Origin: a virus
UHGV virus genome: UHGV-1372840
Direction: 5' to 3' (one strand)
Length of the DNA: 48,653 nucleotides
In this document: piece by piece, positions 1 to 8,598 of the stretch
Numbering within the stretch: the first letter of the stretch is position 1
Layout of the letters: the number at the start of each line of letters is the position of its first letter
Made by a program: the position numbers and the translations under genes
The notes under the pieces: generated by a model
What the model was told of the DNA's origin: nothing
What the model saw: only the letters and a program-made list of their open reading frames with translations
Database searches by the model: none

Positions 1-74
1 AGGAGTTCAGACAGGGGCTGTTGTGAGGGTGGAATTACATTTGACGGAAAAGCCATTTCACACCCCTATGTTAA

Positions 75-392
75 TTAAGAGGCGGCTTTTGCTGCCTCAA
101 TTTCTTGCTGAAGTCGTGACTTCTTCCAGCGCGCGTCAACTTTGATACCCAGTTCTTCGGCTTCTGCGCGAAGTTCGTCGATGGTCACATCGTCTGCGTC
201 TGAGTCAGGGTTGACCAGTTCACCGGAAATAACCTCCAGTTCACCCGCATTCACGTATGTCGATACGAACTTATATACCGGAATCGTTAGTTCAATCTCC
301 TTCGCATCACCCGGCGCAACAACTCGCTCGTGAATGTCGCCCTTACCCGGAAACGCGAACGCACGCAGTGAGACATTCTTTACAGTAATCAT
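75..392 (-). CDS. Hypothetical head-module protein with a C-terminal Rho-N-like helical motif
   Basis: 105 aa ORF immediately downstream (- strand) of the major capsid gene. C-terminus DELRAEAEELGIKVDARWKKSRLQQEIEAAKAA resembles the Rho_N/SAP-like motif common in phage head-associated small proteins. Confidence 0.45.
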   Translation of the reverse strand: MITVKNVSLRAFAFPGKGDIHERVVAPGDAKEIELTIPVYKFVSTYVNAGELEVISGELVNPDSDADDVTIDELRAEAEELGIKVDARWKKSRLQQEIEAAKAAS

Positions 393-496
393 AAAATCAC
401 CCTTAGTTGTAATACATACCCGTCATTATTCTACCCTTTCCGATAATCAAAGAAAAGCCCTCCGAAGAGGGCTTGGGATGCTACTGAGGGTAGGTA

Positions 497-1531
497 TTAC
501 AGCATATCGAGGTAGATCGCACTCAAAGGATAGCGAATTTCCACACCTGAAATTTTGTACTCTGCTGGTACAGTTACAGCCAGACCCTTATTCTGCGGTG
601 CCAGCATACGGAAAGGAATCGGCTTGGCAACACCCAGGTTGCGGTCGTTCTTCTCGTAGATGAACACACGGTCTTTCGAACCGTTGGACACACCACCTGC
701 GGCCAGTTCCGCAGCGGTCAGCTGGAAACGGATTGCGATGTCGATTTCCTGACCGGTCATCAGAGTGTACGCGTTGTTGGTTTTGAAAAACTCCATCACG
801 GTGGTGTCGGAGTAACCAGTCATCAGCAGGCTGTTCATGCGTTTCCACAGGTCCGGGAACACACGGACGGTATTCGGAACATGGAAATTTTTGGACAGTT
901 TGATGATGTCAAACAGTGGGTCATTGAGCATGTCGAACAACTCTTGACCAGTGGCGGTGGTGTAGTCAACAGTCGCCGAAGTGGTCGTCACATTCGAGTT
1001 GTTGAACAGACCGGCCATTCCCAGCTGTGAGTCACCGAAGTAAGCCACTTTCTGACTGTGCTCTTCGTAGCCACGATATGCCAGCTGCTGCTGCATGGTG
1101 TCAATCGGCATGTTCTGAGACGCAGTGGTGCGCAGCTCGTCAATACTATAGTGGCACTCGATGCCGCCGTAGTTCAGAGGTACAGTGTGGAGTTTCGCAG
1201 ACTGAGCAACACGCGGCAGGTCGGATGCGTTTGCGCCGATGAACTTCCCAATAGTGCGCCCATCGAAGCTCCGATACACCCAGTGGTTCGCATGTTCCGG
1301 GATGCCGGATACAACCGGGATGTCCTGCAGATAGGTGATATCCGCATACGGCGTCTCATAGATAGTCTGCTCAATCTGTGCCAGCTGAGAGATATAGAAC
1401 GCGATACCACCATCAGCATCACGGAATTCAGCCGGAACGCTGATAGCATTCTGACCATCCAGATACTGTTTGACCCACGGGTTACCCGCGATAGTCTGTG
1501 CGTCAAGTACAACGCTGTTTAACTTATCCAT
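497..1531 (-). CDS. Major capsid protein (HK97-fold, DUF2184-like)
   Basis: 344 aa. Position after the decoration-like and scaffold genes in a terminase-portal-morphogenesis-scaffold-capsid order. Size and composition typical of a major capsid protein. Confidence 0.7.
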   Translation of the reverse strand: MDKLNSVVLDAQTIAGNPWVKQYLDGQNAISVPAEFRDADGGIAFYISQLAQIEQTIYETPYADITYLQDIPVVSGIPEHANHWVYRSFDGRTIGKFIGANASDLPRVAQSAKLHTVPLNYGGIECHYSIDELRTTASQNMPIDTMQQQLAYRGYEEHSQKVAYFGDSQLGMAGLFNNSNVTTTSATVDYTTATGQELFDMLNDPLFDIIKLSKNFHVPNTVRVFPDLWKRMNSLLMTGYSDTTVMEFFKTNNAYTLMTGQEIDIAIRFQLTAAELAAGGVSNGSKDRVFIYEKNDRNLGVAKPIPFRMLAPQNKGLAVTVPAEYKISGVEIRYPLSAIYLDML

Positions 1532-1533
1532 TA

Positions 1534-2022
1534 TTAACCCCCAACAACCAGAGACAGTTTAGCCAGACCACCGGATGCCGCGGTAGTGAGGAATTTAGCG
1601 CCAGTAATGGCGACTGATGCGGTAGCTTCGGAACCGACCGTTTTAGCGAAATCACCAGTCTGAGTTGCGCCAACGCGCAGGAATGCAGCGTCACCGGCCT
1701 CGACGTCTTCTGCTACGGTCACCCAGATTGCGCCAGCGGTGAGTACGGATGCCGGACGATCAACCGGAGCACCGAAAGTTGCACCATCAGCGTAAGAGCG
1801 GTTCAGTTCACGAACCAGTACGCCCACGAAGTTGTCAGCTGTGGAATCAGCAGTTGCAGCCTTAAAGCCTTTCTCGCCGCTACGTACAACACCTTTACCA
1901 TATGCGACGGTTGCGGTGTCATCGTTAATTTTGGAAACGATATTCGCTACTTGTCCGTCGGCGACCATCCCGGTAAAGGCTGCGTCGTGATTCAGACCGT
2001 AGCTGGTTGCAGTAATAGCCAT
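1534..2022 (-). CDS. Head decoration or structural protein (DUF2190-like)
   Basis: 162 aa Gly/Ala-rich beta-type protein between the scaffold and the major capsid gene, the conserved gene-order position of DUF2190 head proteins. Confidence 0.5.
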   Translation of the reverse strand: MAITATSYGLNHDAAFTGMVADGQVANIVSKINDDTATVAYGKGVVRSGEKGFKAATADSTADNFVGVLVRELNRSYADGATFGAPVDRPASVLTAGAIWVTVAEDVEAGDAAFLRVGATQTGDFAKTVGSEATASVAITGAKFLTTAASGGLAKLSLVVGG

Positions 2023-2033
2023 CTATGTCACCC

Positions 2034-3122
2034 TTATTTAAGTTTACCAGTCTGACGCAGCAGTGCTTCTTGTGCGCGGGACAGTACAGGTTTTGCGTCG
2101 GCTACCGGCTGTTTGATGTCTTTAGCGCCATCTTTAGCCAGTTGCTCAAGCTGTGAGTCTACCACAGGTTTCACCGGTTCTTCCACAGCCATGTCGAAAG
2201 CGGCTTCAACATAGGCGGCAGATTTTTCGGCCCAGTCAACAGACGGACGTTTAACAGCGAGAGCGGCACGTTTGATTGCAACCGGGTCCATGCTGTCACA
2301 GGTGAATTCATCGCCAGCAACTTTACGCGCCGAGGAGGTAACACGTGCAATTGCTTCCACGCGTGCTTTCAGGGCTTCGTCGCTGCATTTGGTGGTCAGG
2401 TCGGCAACCTGTTCCAGTGCTGCGTCGAGTTGGGCCTGTACGGTTTCTTTGGCGGCTTCGGCGTCACTGACACGCTGTTCTAAGCGTTTGAACGCGTCCA
2501 CCACCGCAGCATCCGCCACATCAACTTTTAGCCCGGTGTCAGTGGTGATTTGATACATGGGTTTTTTCTCCATATTATCGAAGATACGCGCCATTGCACC
2601 CGCACGAGCACGGTCAACAATTGCAACGTGGTTAATTTTAATCTGAGTCTGTCGGAAGTCGTATGGTTCACCTTCCGGCGTTGTCCCTGGTGTATCATCA
2701 TACACCGCCGTGTAACCCGCTGACAACTCACACTTACCAGTTTCAACAGCCTTAATCGCGTCTTTATCCTTGATAACCATGTCCACAACGACGAAATCGC
2801 CATCCTGACGACCGACACTCGTTACAACACCAACGGAAGTGTTACGGTACGTGGAAGCATTGATAAGTGTAGGAGGATGGTTATTCGTGACATCTGCGCC
2901 GAGATAGCTCTGAAGTGATTCATTGTTGAACACTTCTTCGGCGGGACGGTACACACGGATAATGTCGTTCGGTGCGCGGTCTTTTAGCCCCAGTTCCGAA
3001 GCGAGATACTCCTGGATACCAGTACGAGCGGCTTTACCTGGCACACGCAGAAATCCCTCATCCGTGTAAACACGTTGGGAATTCAGTGCAAAACTTTTAC
3101 GGTCATTAATGGTAATTTGCAT
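2034..3122 (-). CDS. Putative prohead protease/scaffolding protein (DUF2213/XkdF-like N-domain plus coiled-coil C-terminus)
   Basis: 362 aa. N-terminal globular half, C-terminal Ala/Glu/Lys-rich predicted coiled coil (AEAAKETVQAQLDAALEQVADL...). Sits directly upstream of the decoration and capsid genes. Confidence 0.5.
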   Translation of the reverse strand: MQITINDRKSFALNSQRVYTDEGFLRVPGKAARTGIQEYLASELGLKDRAPNDIIRVYRPAEEVFNNESLQSYLGADVTNNHPPTLINASTYRNTSVGVVTSVGRQDGDFVVVDMVIKDKDAIKAVETGKCELSAGYTAVYDDTPGTTPEGEPYDFRQTQIKINHVAIVDRARAGAMARIFDNMEKKPMYQITTDTGLKVDVADAAVVDAFKRLEQRVSDAEAAKETVQAQLDAALEQVADLTTKCSDEALKARVEAIARVTSSARKVAGDEFTCDSMDPVAIKRAALAVKRPSVDWAEKSAAYVEAAFDMAVEEPVKPVVDSQLEQLAKDGAKDIKQPVADAKPVLSRAQEALLRQTGKLK

Positions 3123-3151
3123 TGACGAATCCGTCAGAGTATGCCATAGTG
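3123..3151 (+). promoter_or_regulatory. Sigma70-like promoter with palindromic operator TTGACGaatcCGTCAg
   Basis: -35 TTGACG at 3123-3128, 17 nt spacer, -10-like CATAGT. The 16 bp dyad overlaps -35. Drives the rightward accessory-gene island beginning 3197. Confidence 0.45.
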
Positions 3152-3196
3152 ATAATCGTTGAACACATAATACATATATTTCACAGGAGATACAAC

Positions 3197-3586
3197 ATGA
3201 CCACGTGGAACTACATTATCGGTACGCCCGAAATGTTTGCGGGGATGTCCGAAGGTGTAACGCATTTGTTTCGTAGCAAGTTAAGCGGTGTCATTAGAGG
3301 GTATTACCCGTCAATAGCGTGTATTCTTACCCCCAGTGATGATTGGGAACTCATCGGACATCGTGAATCTGCCACCGATGACAGCAAATATAATCGCCCT
3401 TGCAAGGGTATCACCATTGACGTTTATGACGTTCTCAAAGCGTTCAATGTCACATGTCCCGCACTTCAACACCTGATTAAAAAGGCTTTAGCGGTCGGCC
3501 AGCGTGGACACAAGGACGCAAGTGAAGATTTAAAAGACATCCTGGCGAGCGCCAAACGTGCAATTGAACTGTCGGAGGGTGAGTAA
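3197..3586 (+). CDS. Hypothetical protein (accessory-gene island)
   Basis: ATG at 3197 preceded by AGGAGA RBS. The track ORF 3122..3586 extends upstream through the promoter, so the internal start is preferred. Confidence 0.45.
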   Translation: MTTWNYIIGTPEMFAGMSEGVTHLFRSKLSGVIRGYYPSIACILTPSDDWELIGHRESATDDSKYNRPCKGITIDVYDVLKAFNVTCPALQHLIKKALAVGQRGHKDASEDLKDILASAKRAIELSEGE

Positions 3587-3784
3587 ATGAACATCACGTG
3601 GTTTAGCCGTAAATTTACATATAATTGGTTCATGTGCCTGCTGGGGGTATTGTGTGCTAAATGGTTCGGAATGGATGATGCCCTATGGTGGACATTGATT
3701 CCCGCATTGTCTTTCGGTTTATCGAGAGATACCGAGTATTCACATGGATATTGGTTCTTAGAAAATAAGGAGAGCAACAAATGA
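3587..3784 (+). CDS. Small membrane protein
   Basis: 65 aa with hydrophobic segment FMCLLGVLCAKWF...WWTLIPALSFGL. Start overlaps the upstream stop (translationally coupled). Confidence 0.4.
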   Translation: MNITWFSRKFTYNWFMCLLGVLCAKWFGMDDALWWTLIPALSFGLSRDTEYSHGYWFLENKESNK

Positions 3785-3912
3785 ACACACCATACGCATA
3801 CGAAGTGACAACCAACCGTGGTACGACATATCTGGTCCGCGCGGGCAGTGTGGCGCATAACAACGCTGTCATGTTCGGGTATCAACTGAAACCACTGTAT
3901 GAGGGTGAGTAA
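3781..3912 (+). CDS. Small hypothetical protein (43 aa)
   Basis: ATGA overlap with the upstream stop; in-frame ORF MNTPYAYEVTTNRGTTYLVRAGSVAHNNAVMFGYQLKPLYEGE. Below the track cutoff. Confidence 0.3.
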   Translation: MNTPYAYEVTTNRGTTYLVRAGSVAHNNAVMFGYQLKPLYEGE

Positions 3913-3914
3913 TT

Positions 3915-4085
3915 ATGATTTGGACAGTTGGTCGTTATCCTTCCGGTAACTGGGATTCCGGCGGTTTACCTTCCGAATACATGGGAGGCTGGACATGTAG
4001 GGTAGAAGCCAAAGACAGAATTGAGGCTTTAAAGAAAGGTAAAGCAAAATATTACCGTGAGCAAAAGAAGGCTATAAAACCATGA
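3915..4085 (+). CDS. Small hypothetical protein (56 aa)
   Basis: ATG 3915 two nt after the previous stop; ends with an ATGA overlap onto the next gene. Confidence 0.3.
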   Translation: MIWTVGRYPSGNWDSGGLPSEYMGGWTCRVEAKDRIEALKKGKAKYYREQKKAIKP

Positions 4086-4276
4086 CAACCATCCCACGTT
4101 ACCCAACCGGAACACTTGTGAAGTTGTTCCCCAATGGTGTCGTTACGGGTGTTGTCGCAAACGTAATAGCCGATGAGCCACCGCGCTACTATGTACAGTG
4201 GGACGATGGTACTTACAGCTGTCACGCGCAGCGCGATTTGAAACGAGTGGGGACATTGTATGGCAGACTGGATTAA
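4082..4276 (+). CDS. Hypothetical small protein
   Basis: 64 aa ORF coupled to its neighbours. Confidence 0.4.
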   Translation: MTTIPRYPTGTLVKLFPNGVVTGVVANVIADEPPRYYVQWDDGTYSCHAQRDLKRVGTLYGRLD

Positions 4277-4472
4277 GTGTAGTGAGCGGATGCCAAAAAG
4301 CCGTCACGAGGTGTTAGTGGGACGTTGGTGGGGAGAGAAGCCACGGTGGTGTTGCAAATGGGCAACATATATCCCGGGACACCCTGACGCACAGAGTAGT
4401 GGCTGGCTTATTCCCGGCGCGTCGTGGACACCAACACACTGGCAACCATTACCCGAGCCGCCGCAGGAGTGA
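4260..4472 (+). CDS. DUF551-domain protein
   Basis: WIKCSERMP ... THWQPLPEPP matches the hallmark DUF551 motifs (WIpcsErlP / tHWmPLPePP) of enterobacterial phage accessory genes. Confidence 0.55.
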   Translation: MADWIKCSERMPKSRHEVLVGRWWGEKPRWCCKWATYIPGHPDAQSSGWLIPGASWTPTHWQPLPEPPQE

Positions 4473-4529
4473 CACTATGGACTACCTCCTGCTTTGTGTC
4501 GGCGTTGTGATTTGGGTTAAATGTTTATG

Positions 4530-4559
4530 TTGACGAGTTCGTCAGGGATGACGTATACT
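4530..4559 (+). promoter_or_regulatory. Promoter with palindromic operator TTGACGagttCGTCAg
   Basis: -35 TTGACG 4530-4535, -10 TATACT 4554-4559. Confidence 0.5.
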
Positions 4560-4591
4560 CAGTTTATCAACAACAGAGAGGGTGAGACAAA

Positions 4592-4744
4592 ATGAATAAC
4601 ACATTACTTCCCGGCTACAACCGCCCCGTATCAGAGGCGCACATTGTCGATAAAGAATTGTTAAAGACCGCACAACAGCTTGCACGCAAGCATGAAGGTT
4701 GGGTGCTCGCTAACGCTGTGTTACGTGAGGCGTATGGAAAATGA
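4592..4744 (+). CDS. Small hypothetical protein (50 aa)
   Basis: RBS GAGGGTGAG then ATG 4592; ATGA overlap with the next gene. Confidence 0.35.
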   Translation: MNNTLLPGYNRPVSEAHIVDKELLKTAQQLARKHEGWVLANAVLREAYGK

Positions 4745-4938
4745 ACCATAAACCTGTCAAAGCGGTAATGCTCCGCAACAATGACAAATTTATCGATGTG
4801 GACGGTGTTATCACCGTAACAAACTTCAAAATGAACTTCCCCGAGGATATCGTGACATTTACCGCGACTAAAGAGGATGGTTCGGTATCTGAGCGCTGGG
4901 TCGAGATGGACCGACTCGTCAATAAGGTGGTGGGCTAA
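4741..4938 (+). CDS. Hypothetical small protein
   Basis: 65 aa coupled ORF. Confidence 0.4.
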   Translation: MNHKPVKAVMLRNNDKFIDVDGVITVTNFKMNFPEDIVTFTATKEDGSVSERWVEMDRLVNKVVG

Positions 4939-5126
4939 TGGGCATTATTAAAGGTGTACTAATCATCCTGCTTGCGGGGTGGGTAATTCTGGCAACAATC
5001 GCCACGCTGCCTCTGGAACTGGAATACAAGTGGCAGGCATGGGCAATTGTTGCATTTGGCCCGGTTGTTGTATTTGCCGGACTGTGGGAAGTATGTGTGA
5101 GGGTATTCAGAGGACGTGGGAAATAA
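4938..5126 (+). CDS. Small two-helix membrane protein
   Basis: 62 aa: MGIIKGVLIILLAGWVILATIATL...WAIVAFGPVVVFAGLW. Confidence 0.4.
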   Translation: MGIIKGVLIILLAGWVILATIATLPLELEYKWQAWAIVAFGPVVVFAGLWEVCVRVFRGRGK

Positions 5127-5190
5127 CAGTGTCATCGCTTAACATTTGGGTCGGTTTTACCGACCCTTTTGTTGTTAGGTGTTAATCATT

Positions 5191-5808
5191 TTAGCCGATG
5201 TATCTTGCACCTTTCGATGTATTTTCAGAAGCCCATAAAGGTTGTAAATTCGACAGTGAATTTATGATTTTAGAATCTGTGATTCCCCACTCCACCAATA
5301 TCGATATGGGTATAATATGGTCGACATGCCACTCGCCATGATTTTCCCAAGTCATACCTGGTCTGAATAAAGACTCCATATGATTCTTAAATTCATCAAT
5401 TGAGTATCCTAGTTTCCTAATACTCACATTACTTCGGTTCCCATCTAAATATCTGTAGATGAGTTTATTTAGACAACCTCGGATAACGCACGACAATTTA
5501 TAATTTGAGTCAGTTCTATATCTATTTTTGTGCCGCGTGTTTATTTTTATTCTGTTCTCTGGTTTTGCTCTATATTCACGTTGGTACTGTTTCTTTTGTT
5601 CTCTGTTTTCATTGTATTTTCTCTTTTCCTTTTGTTTAATCTTATCTGATTGTTTGACATACGCCCTTTTACAGATTTCCCTACCGCACTCTACGCAGGT
5701 GTGATTACAAGTGAATCGCTCGGAAAGATGCCCATTTCTACATGGTTTACCGGTGAAATAACGAGGGTAACCATTTTCCAATGCTTCAACTCTAGATGTG
5801 ATTTTCAA
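5191..5808 (-). CDS. HNH homing endonuclease with N-terminal zinc ribbon
   Basis: HVDHIIP...NLQPL...N HNH core, Cys cluster CRNGH...CNHTCVEC, basic Lys/Arg-rich linker. Apparent TTG start with a GAGGT RBS. Confidence 0.65.
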   Translation of the reverse strand: MKITSRVEALENGYPRYFTGKPCRNGHLSERFTCNHTCVECGREICKRAYVKQSDKIKQKEKRKYNENREQKKQYQREYRAKPENRIKINTRHKNRYRTDSNYKLSCVIRGCLNKLIYRYLDGNRSNVSIRKLGYSIDEFKNHMESLFRPGMTWENHGEWHVDHIIPISILVEWGITDSKIINSLSNLQPLWASENTSKGARYIG

Positions 5809-5896
5809 AATTTACCTCTGGTCCGAAGGTGGTCAAAATAAAAAAAAAAAACGGCAAATAGTGACCAACTATCTTTCGGACGCCTCCTAGCCGTTT

Positions 5897-6688
5897 TTAC
5901 TTTTTCATTTTACTGTTTTTAATATGTTTTTCAACTTTAAAATCTGGTACAGCGATACTTACACATCTACAATTTATTGGTTGACCGGGAAAAGTAGGAA
6001 CACCATCTACAACCGGCAAATCATCCCATCGAAATACGCCCGGACCATATCCCACATCACGTTTAGCTACCTCTACGTGACTGTGACGTACCCGCTCATC
6101 GTGCGATGTGGTCCATTTAAAGTAATTTATTCCCGAATTAACCTGACGGATGCGGTTCATATCGCCCTGTATTTTACTGGTTTGATCCCTGGCAATTAAT
6201 TTAGCGCGACGTTCCGTGATACCAAACTGTTTAACGAGTGCTTCTTCAATGTAGCTGGGGCGCATACCGTTACGCATGTTGGTCATGACGATGTTCTGCA
6301 CCTGCTCCAGATACTGAGCCGGAATAGACTGAATGAGTTTAGCGTTCTGATATGATGCAGCGCTCAGATATTCCTGCAGCTGTGTATCGCCGCCGTACAG
6401 ATTGATGGCAAATGAGCGGGCGTTATCCTTTGCCGCAGTCTGTACAAACTGTGACGCGATGGTTTCAGCCTGGCGACGAGCAAATGCACCAAGCCACCGT
6501 GTGAGCAGCTGGTTAATTGCCGAGGTGATGGTGTCACTCCAGCCATCAGCCGTGTACTCCGGCGCAAGCTGTTTCACCAGTGGCACGATGTTGGCGTCCA
6601 CATCCTCACGAACAAGCCGGGCAACCTGTTTCAGCTGGCGATAATAATTTAGCTCTGTTTGTCGTGACATGCTTGACGGCCTCGTCAT
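5897..6688 (-). CDS. Head morphogenesis protein (SPP1 gp7 / Mu F-like)
   Basis: Follows the portal gene; Phage_Mu_F-like architecture and size. The track start at 6739 would be a TTG that reads through a + strand promoter, so the ATG at 6688 (MTRPSS) or 6670 is more plausible. Confidence 0.6.
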   Translation of the reverse strand: MTRPSSMSRQTELNYYRQLKQVARLVREDVDANIVPLVKQLAPEYTADGWSDTITSAINQLLTRWLGAFARRQAETIASQFVQTAAKDNARSFAINLYGGDTQLQEYLSAASYQNAKLIQSIPAQYLEQVQNIVMTNMRNGMRPSYIEEALVKQFGITERRAKLIARDQTSKIQGDMNRIRQVNSGINYFKWTTSHDERVRHSHVEVAKRDVGYGPGVFRWDDLPVVDGVPTFPGQPINCRCVSIAVPDFKVEKHIKNSKMKK

Positions 6689-6701
6689 GGTGGTATAGAG
6701 T
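6673..6701 (+). promoter_or_regulatory. Promoter with operator TTGACGgcctCGTCAt plus extended -10 TGgTATAGAGT
   Basis: 19 nt CGTCATGGTGGTATAGAGT identical to the promoter at 20180-20198. Lies inside the 5' end of the opposite-strand morphogenesis gene. Confidence 0.5.
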
Positions 6702-6727
6702 GTACATATTATCACAGGAGAAGAGAG

Positions 6728-6832
6728 ATGAGTAAACAATACGCGGAGCGCGCGATTGATGAAATGGTTCAGTTGTCCGGCGTGTCAATCGGTGCGGCTA
6801 AGATTCTGTATGACGCGGGGTATCGGAAATGA
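6728..6832 (+). CDS. Small hypothetical protein (34 aa)
   Basis: RBS CAGGAGAAGAGAG then ATG. Overlaps the next gene by ATGA. Confidence 0.3.
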   Translation: MSKQYAERAIDEMVQLSGVSIGAAKILYDAGYRK

Positions 6833-7185
6833 GTATATATCGTAAGGGATGGGTCCCGGTATTATATCGCTTCGAACTGGAGAAAAAGCTAAAAGAGCAG
6901 GGATTCGAAAACTGGCAACAAATTTCACAGTTCTTATGTAGTGGTGATGTCACGTCTTGGGATGATGACTTCAACGGTCCGGAACAATACGTTTATCAAG
7001 TGGTAGACAACAGTGAGTGGCGACAACGCCGAGACGCGAAATTCTGGCAAAGATTGAACAGACTATGGTTTATTCCATTATGGGTATTCACGATACCTTT
7101 TCAATGGTTGATTCGGGGAAGGGTTGGTTTCGAAAACGAATCAAAACTCGCCAAAATAATTATAAAATTAACAGGTCTCAGTTAA
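6829..7185 (+). CDS. Accessory membrane protein
   Basis: 118 aa; C-terminal TM WFIPLWVFTIPFQWLI. Rightward gene embedded between the leftward portal and morphogenesis genes. Confidence 0.45.
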   Translation: MSIYRKGWVPVLYRFELEKKLKEQGFENWQQISQFLCSGDVTSWDDDFNGPEQYVYQVVDNSEWRQRRDAKFWQRLNRLWFIPLWVFTIPFQWLIRGRVGFENESKLAKIIIKLTGLS

Positions 7186-7201
7186 CAAACTAACTGGCCC
7201 G

Positions 7202-8596
7202 TTACTGGGCCAGTTTTGCCATTATCTCATCGTGCGACAGTCCGTCAGCTACATATCCGTTGTAGCGTATCCAGAATGCGTCCGTGGTCTGCTCGTCAGG
7301 CTCCGGGCGTTGCACAGTGGACATCTCTTTCTCAGTCTCCGACTGCTCATCAATCTGACCTTCTTCAAACTGATACTCTTCAGCGGCTTCCAGATTACGC
7401 TGCACCTGTGACACGGTGATAACACCCTCGGCGAGATACAACATGTCCTTATCAGCGCGGGTTTTGGCAGCTTGTGCAATCTGCAACTCGTTGGGCTGTG
7501 CGAGTGGATTCCAAACATAGTTAAAGTCGTCAGGCCAGTAACCCAGTGCGCTACGTACCAGCACCTCATCAAGCTGACGCAATCCCGGGTCAACCTGTGT
7601 CAGCTGTTTAGAGCGGATGGAGTTGTTATAGTTGTTCATGTCCCCTTCACCAGTGGCATTCATGCCCTTAGCGGAGGTACCGAACAGGCGCGTAACGGGA
7701 ATGTCAGCCGCACCACTAATCCACGTCATGAACGTCTCAAGCACTGGTGCAACACCACCCAGGTCGAGCGTCTTACGTTCGTATGACTCGTCACCGTCCA
7801 GCAGGGCCATTTGCACCAGTGACTTCATCTGGCTAAACAGGGTGTAACGCGACACAATTGCGTCATCCTGGTCGCTGGCTAACTCATCGGACAGCCCTTC
7901 ACGTTTTACCACATCGACATTAGCTTCCTGCATCAGTTCCGCGATGCCATCCTTTGACGCAACCATGTCCATGATGTCGTCGAGGCACACACGTAACTCA
8001 CTGTCACCCCACCCCTGAGTCTGGACCATCTGGCGACGCGGCAAACGCTTACCACTGAAACGCGCAAAATGGGTCCAGTGGATTTGCTGCCTGCCGCCGG
8101 TGATGGTGTAATACTCCGGCATCATGTAGTTAGGTGCTAGAATATCCCAGGTGTTCATCGTGAGCGGTGACATATCGTGACGGTCAAACACGATGCAACG
8201 CTTCAAATCACCTTTACGAATACGGCGCACGTCGAGTGGCTTTGACAAGTCCTGACCGGTCAACATGAGAATACCGCCACCGCCGTACAGACGCGCCCAT
8301 GTGACAGCCTCCTGCACGCTGGCAGGGACCATCAGACGGTCCTCTTCGATACGGATGTCATCGGCTTCCTTGCATTTGATAGTGCGCCACTCGCGGCACA
8401 TATCTTCGGCGGGTATTTCCACAATCTGACGAGCCAGCCAGTTAGTCTGGTAGGCACTGTCGAGGGATTTCCAGTCACCTAAATTGGCGTATGTGAACAT
8501 GTTGTGAGAGCGTTTCGACTTCCATGTCCCTAACCCGGACACCACGTTTACCAGCCCGTCGGCGGTGTGAAGGTTTGTTTTAGCAGCCTTAGCCAT
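7202..8596 (-). CDS. Portal protein
   Basis: 464 aa directly downstream (- strand) of the large terminase gene; size and acidic C-terminus typical of portal proteins. Confidence 0.65.
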   Translation of the reverse strand: MAKAAKTNLHTADGLVNVVSGLGTWKSKRSHNMFTYANLGDWKSLDSAYQTNWLARQIVEIPAEDMCREWRTIKCKEADDIRIEEDRLMVPASVQEAVTWARLYGGGGILMLTGQDLSKPLDVRRIRKGDLKRCIVFDRHDMSPLTMNTWDILAPNYMMPEYYTITGGRQQIHWTHFARFSGKRLPRRQMVQTQGWGDSELRVCLDDIMDMVASKDGIAELMQEANVDVVKREGLSDELASDQDDAIVSRYTLFSQMKSLVQMALLDGDESYERKTLDLGGVAPVLETFMTWISGAADIPVTRLFGTSAKGMNATGEGDMNNYNNSIRSKQLTQVDPGLRQLDEVLVRSALGYWPDDFNYVWNPLAQPNELQIAQAAKTRADKDMLYLAEGVITVSQVQRNLEAAEEYQFEEGQIDEQSETEKEMSTVQRPEPDEQTTDAFWIRYNGYVADGLSHDEIMAKLAQ

Positions 8597-8598
8597 GT

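Noticed and set aside
588-1522. Antisense and embedded ORFs within the capsid gene (588..848, 1027..1242, 1058..1522, 1174..1512) and similar embedded ORFs throughout, e.g. 14261..14623, 20713..21000, 22031..22445, 27637..28239
   Set aside because: They are fully nested in longer genes with coherent homology or motifs, lack RBSs, and show the biased composition typical of frame shadows.
5809-5896. Terminator at the A12/T12 homopolymer between the morphogenesis and HNH genes
   Set aside because: The preceding hairpin has a loop of more than 30 nt. It may be a weak terminator or a slippery homopolymer, but the evidence is insufficient.
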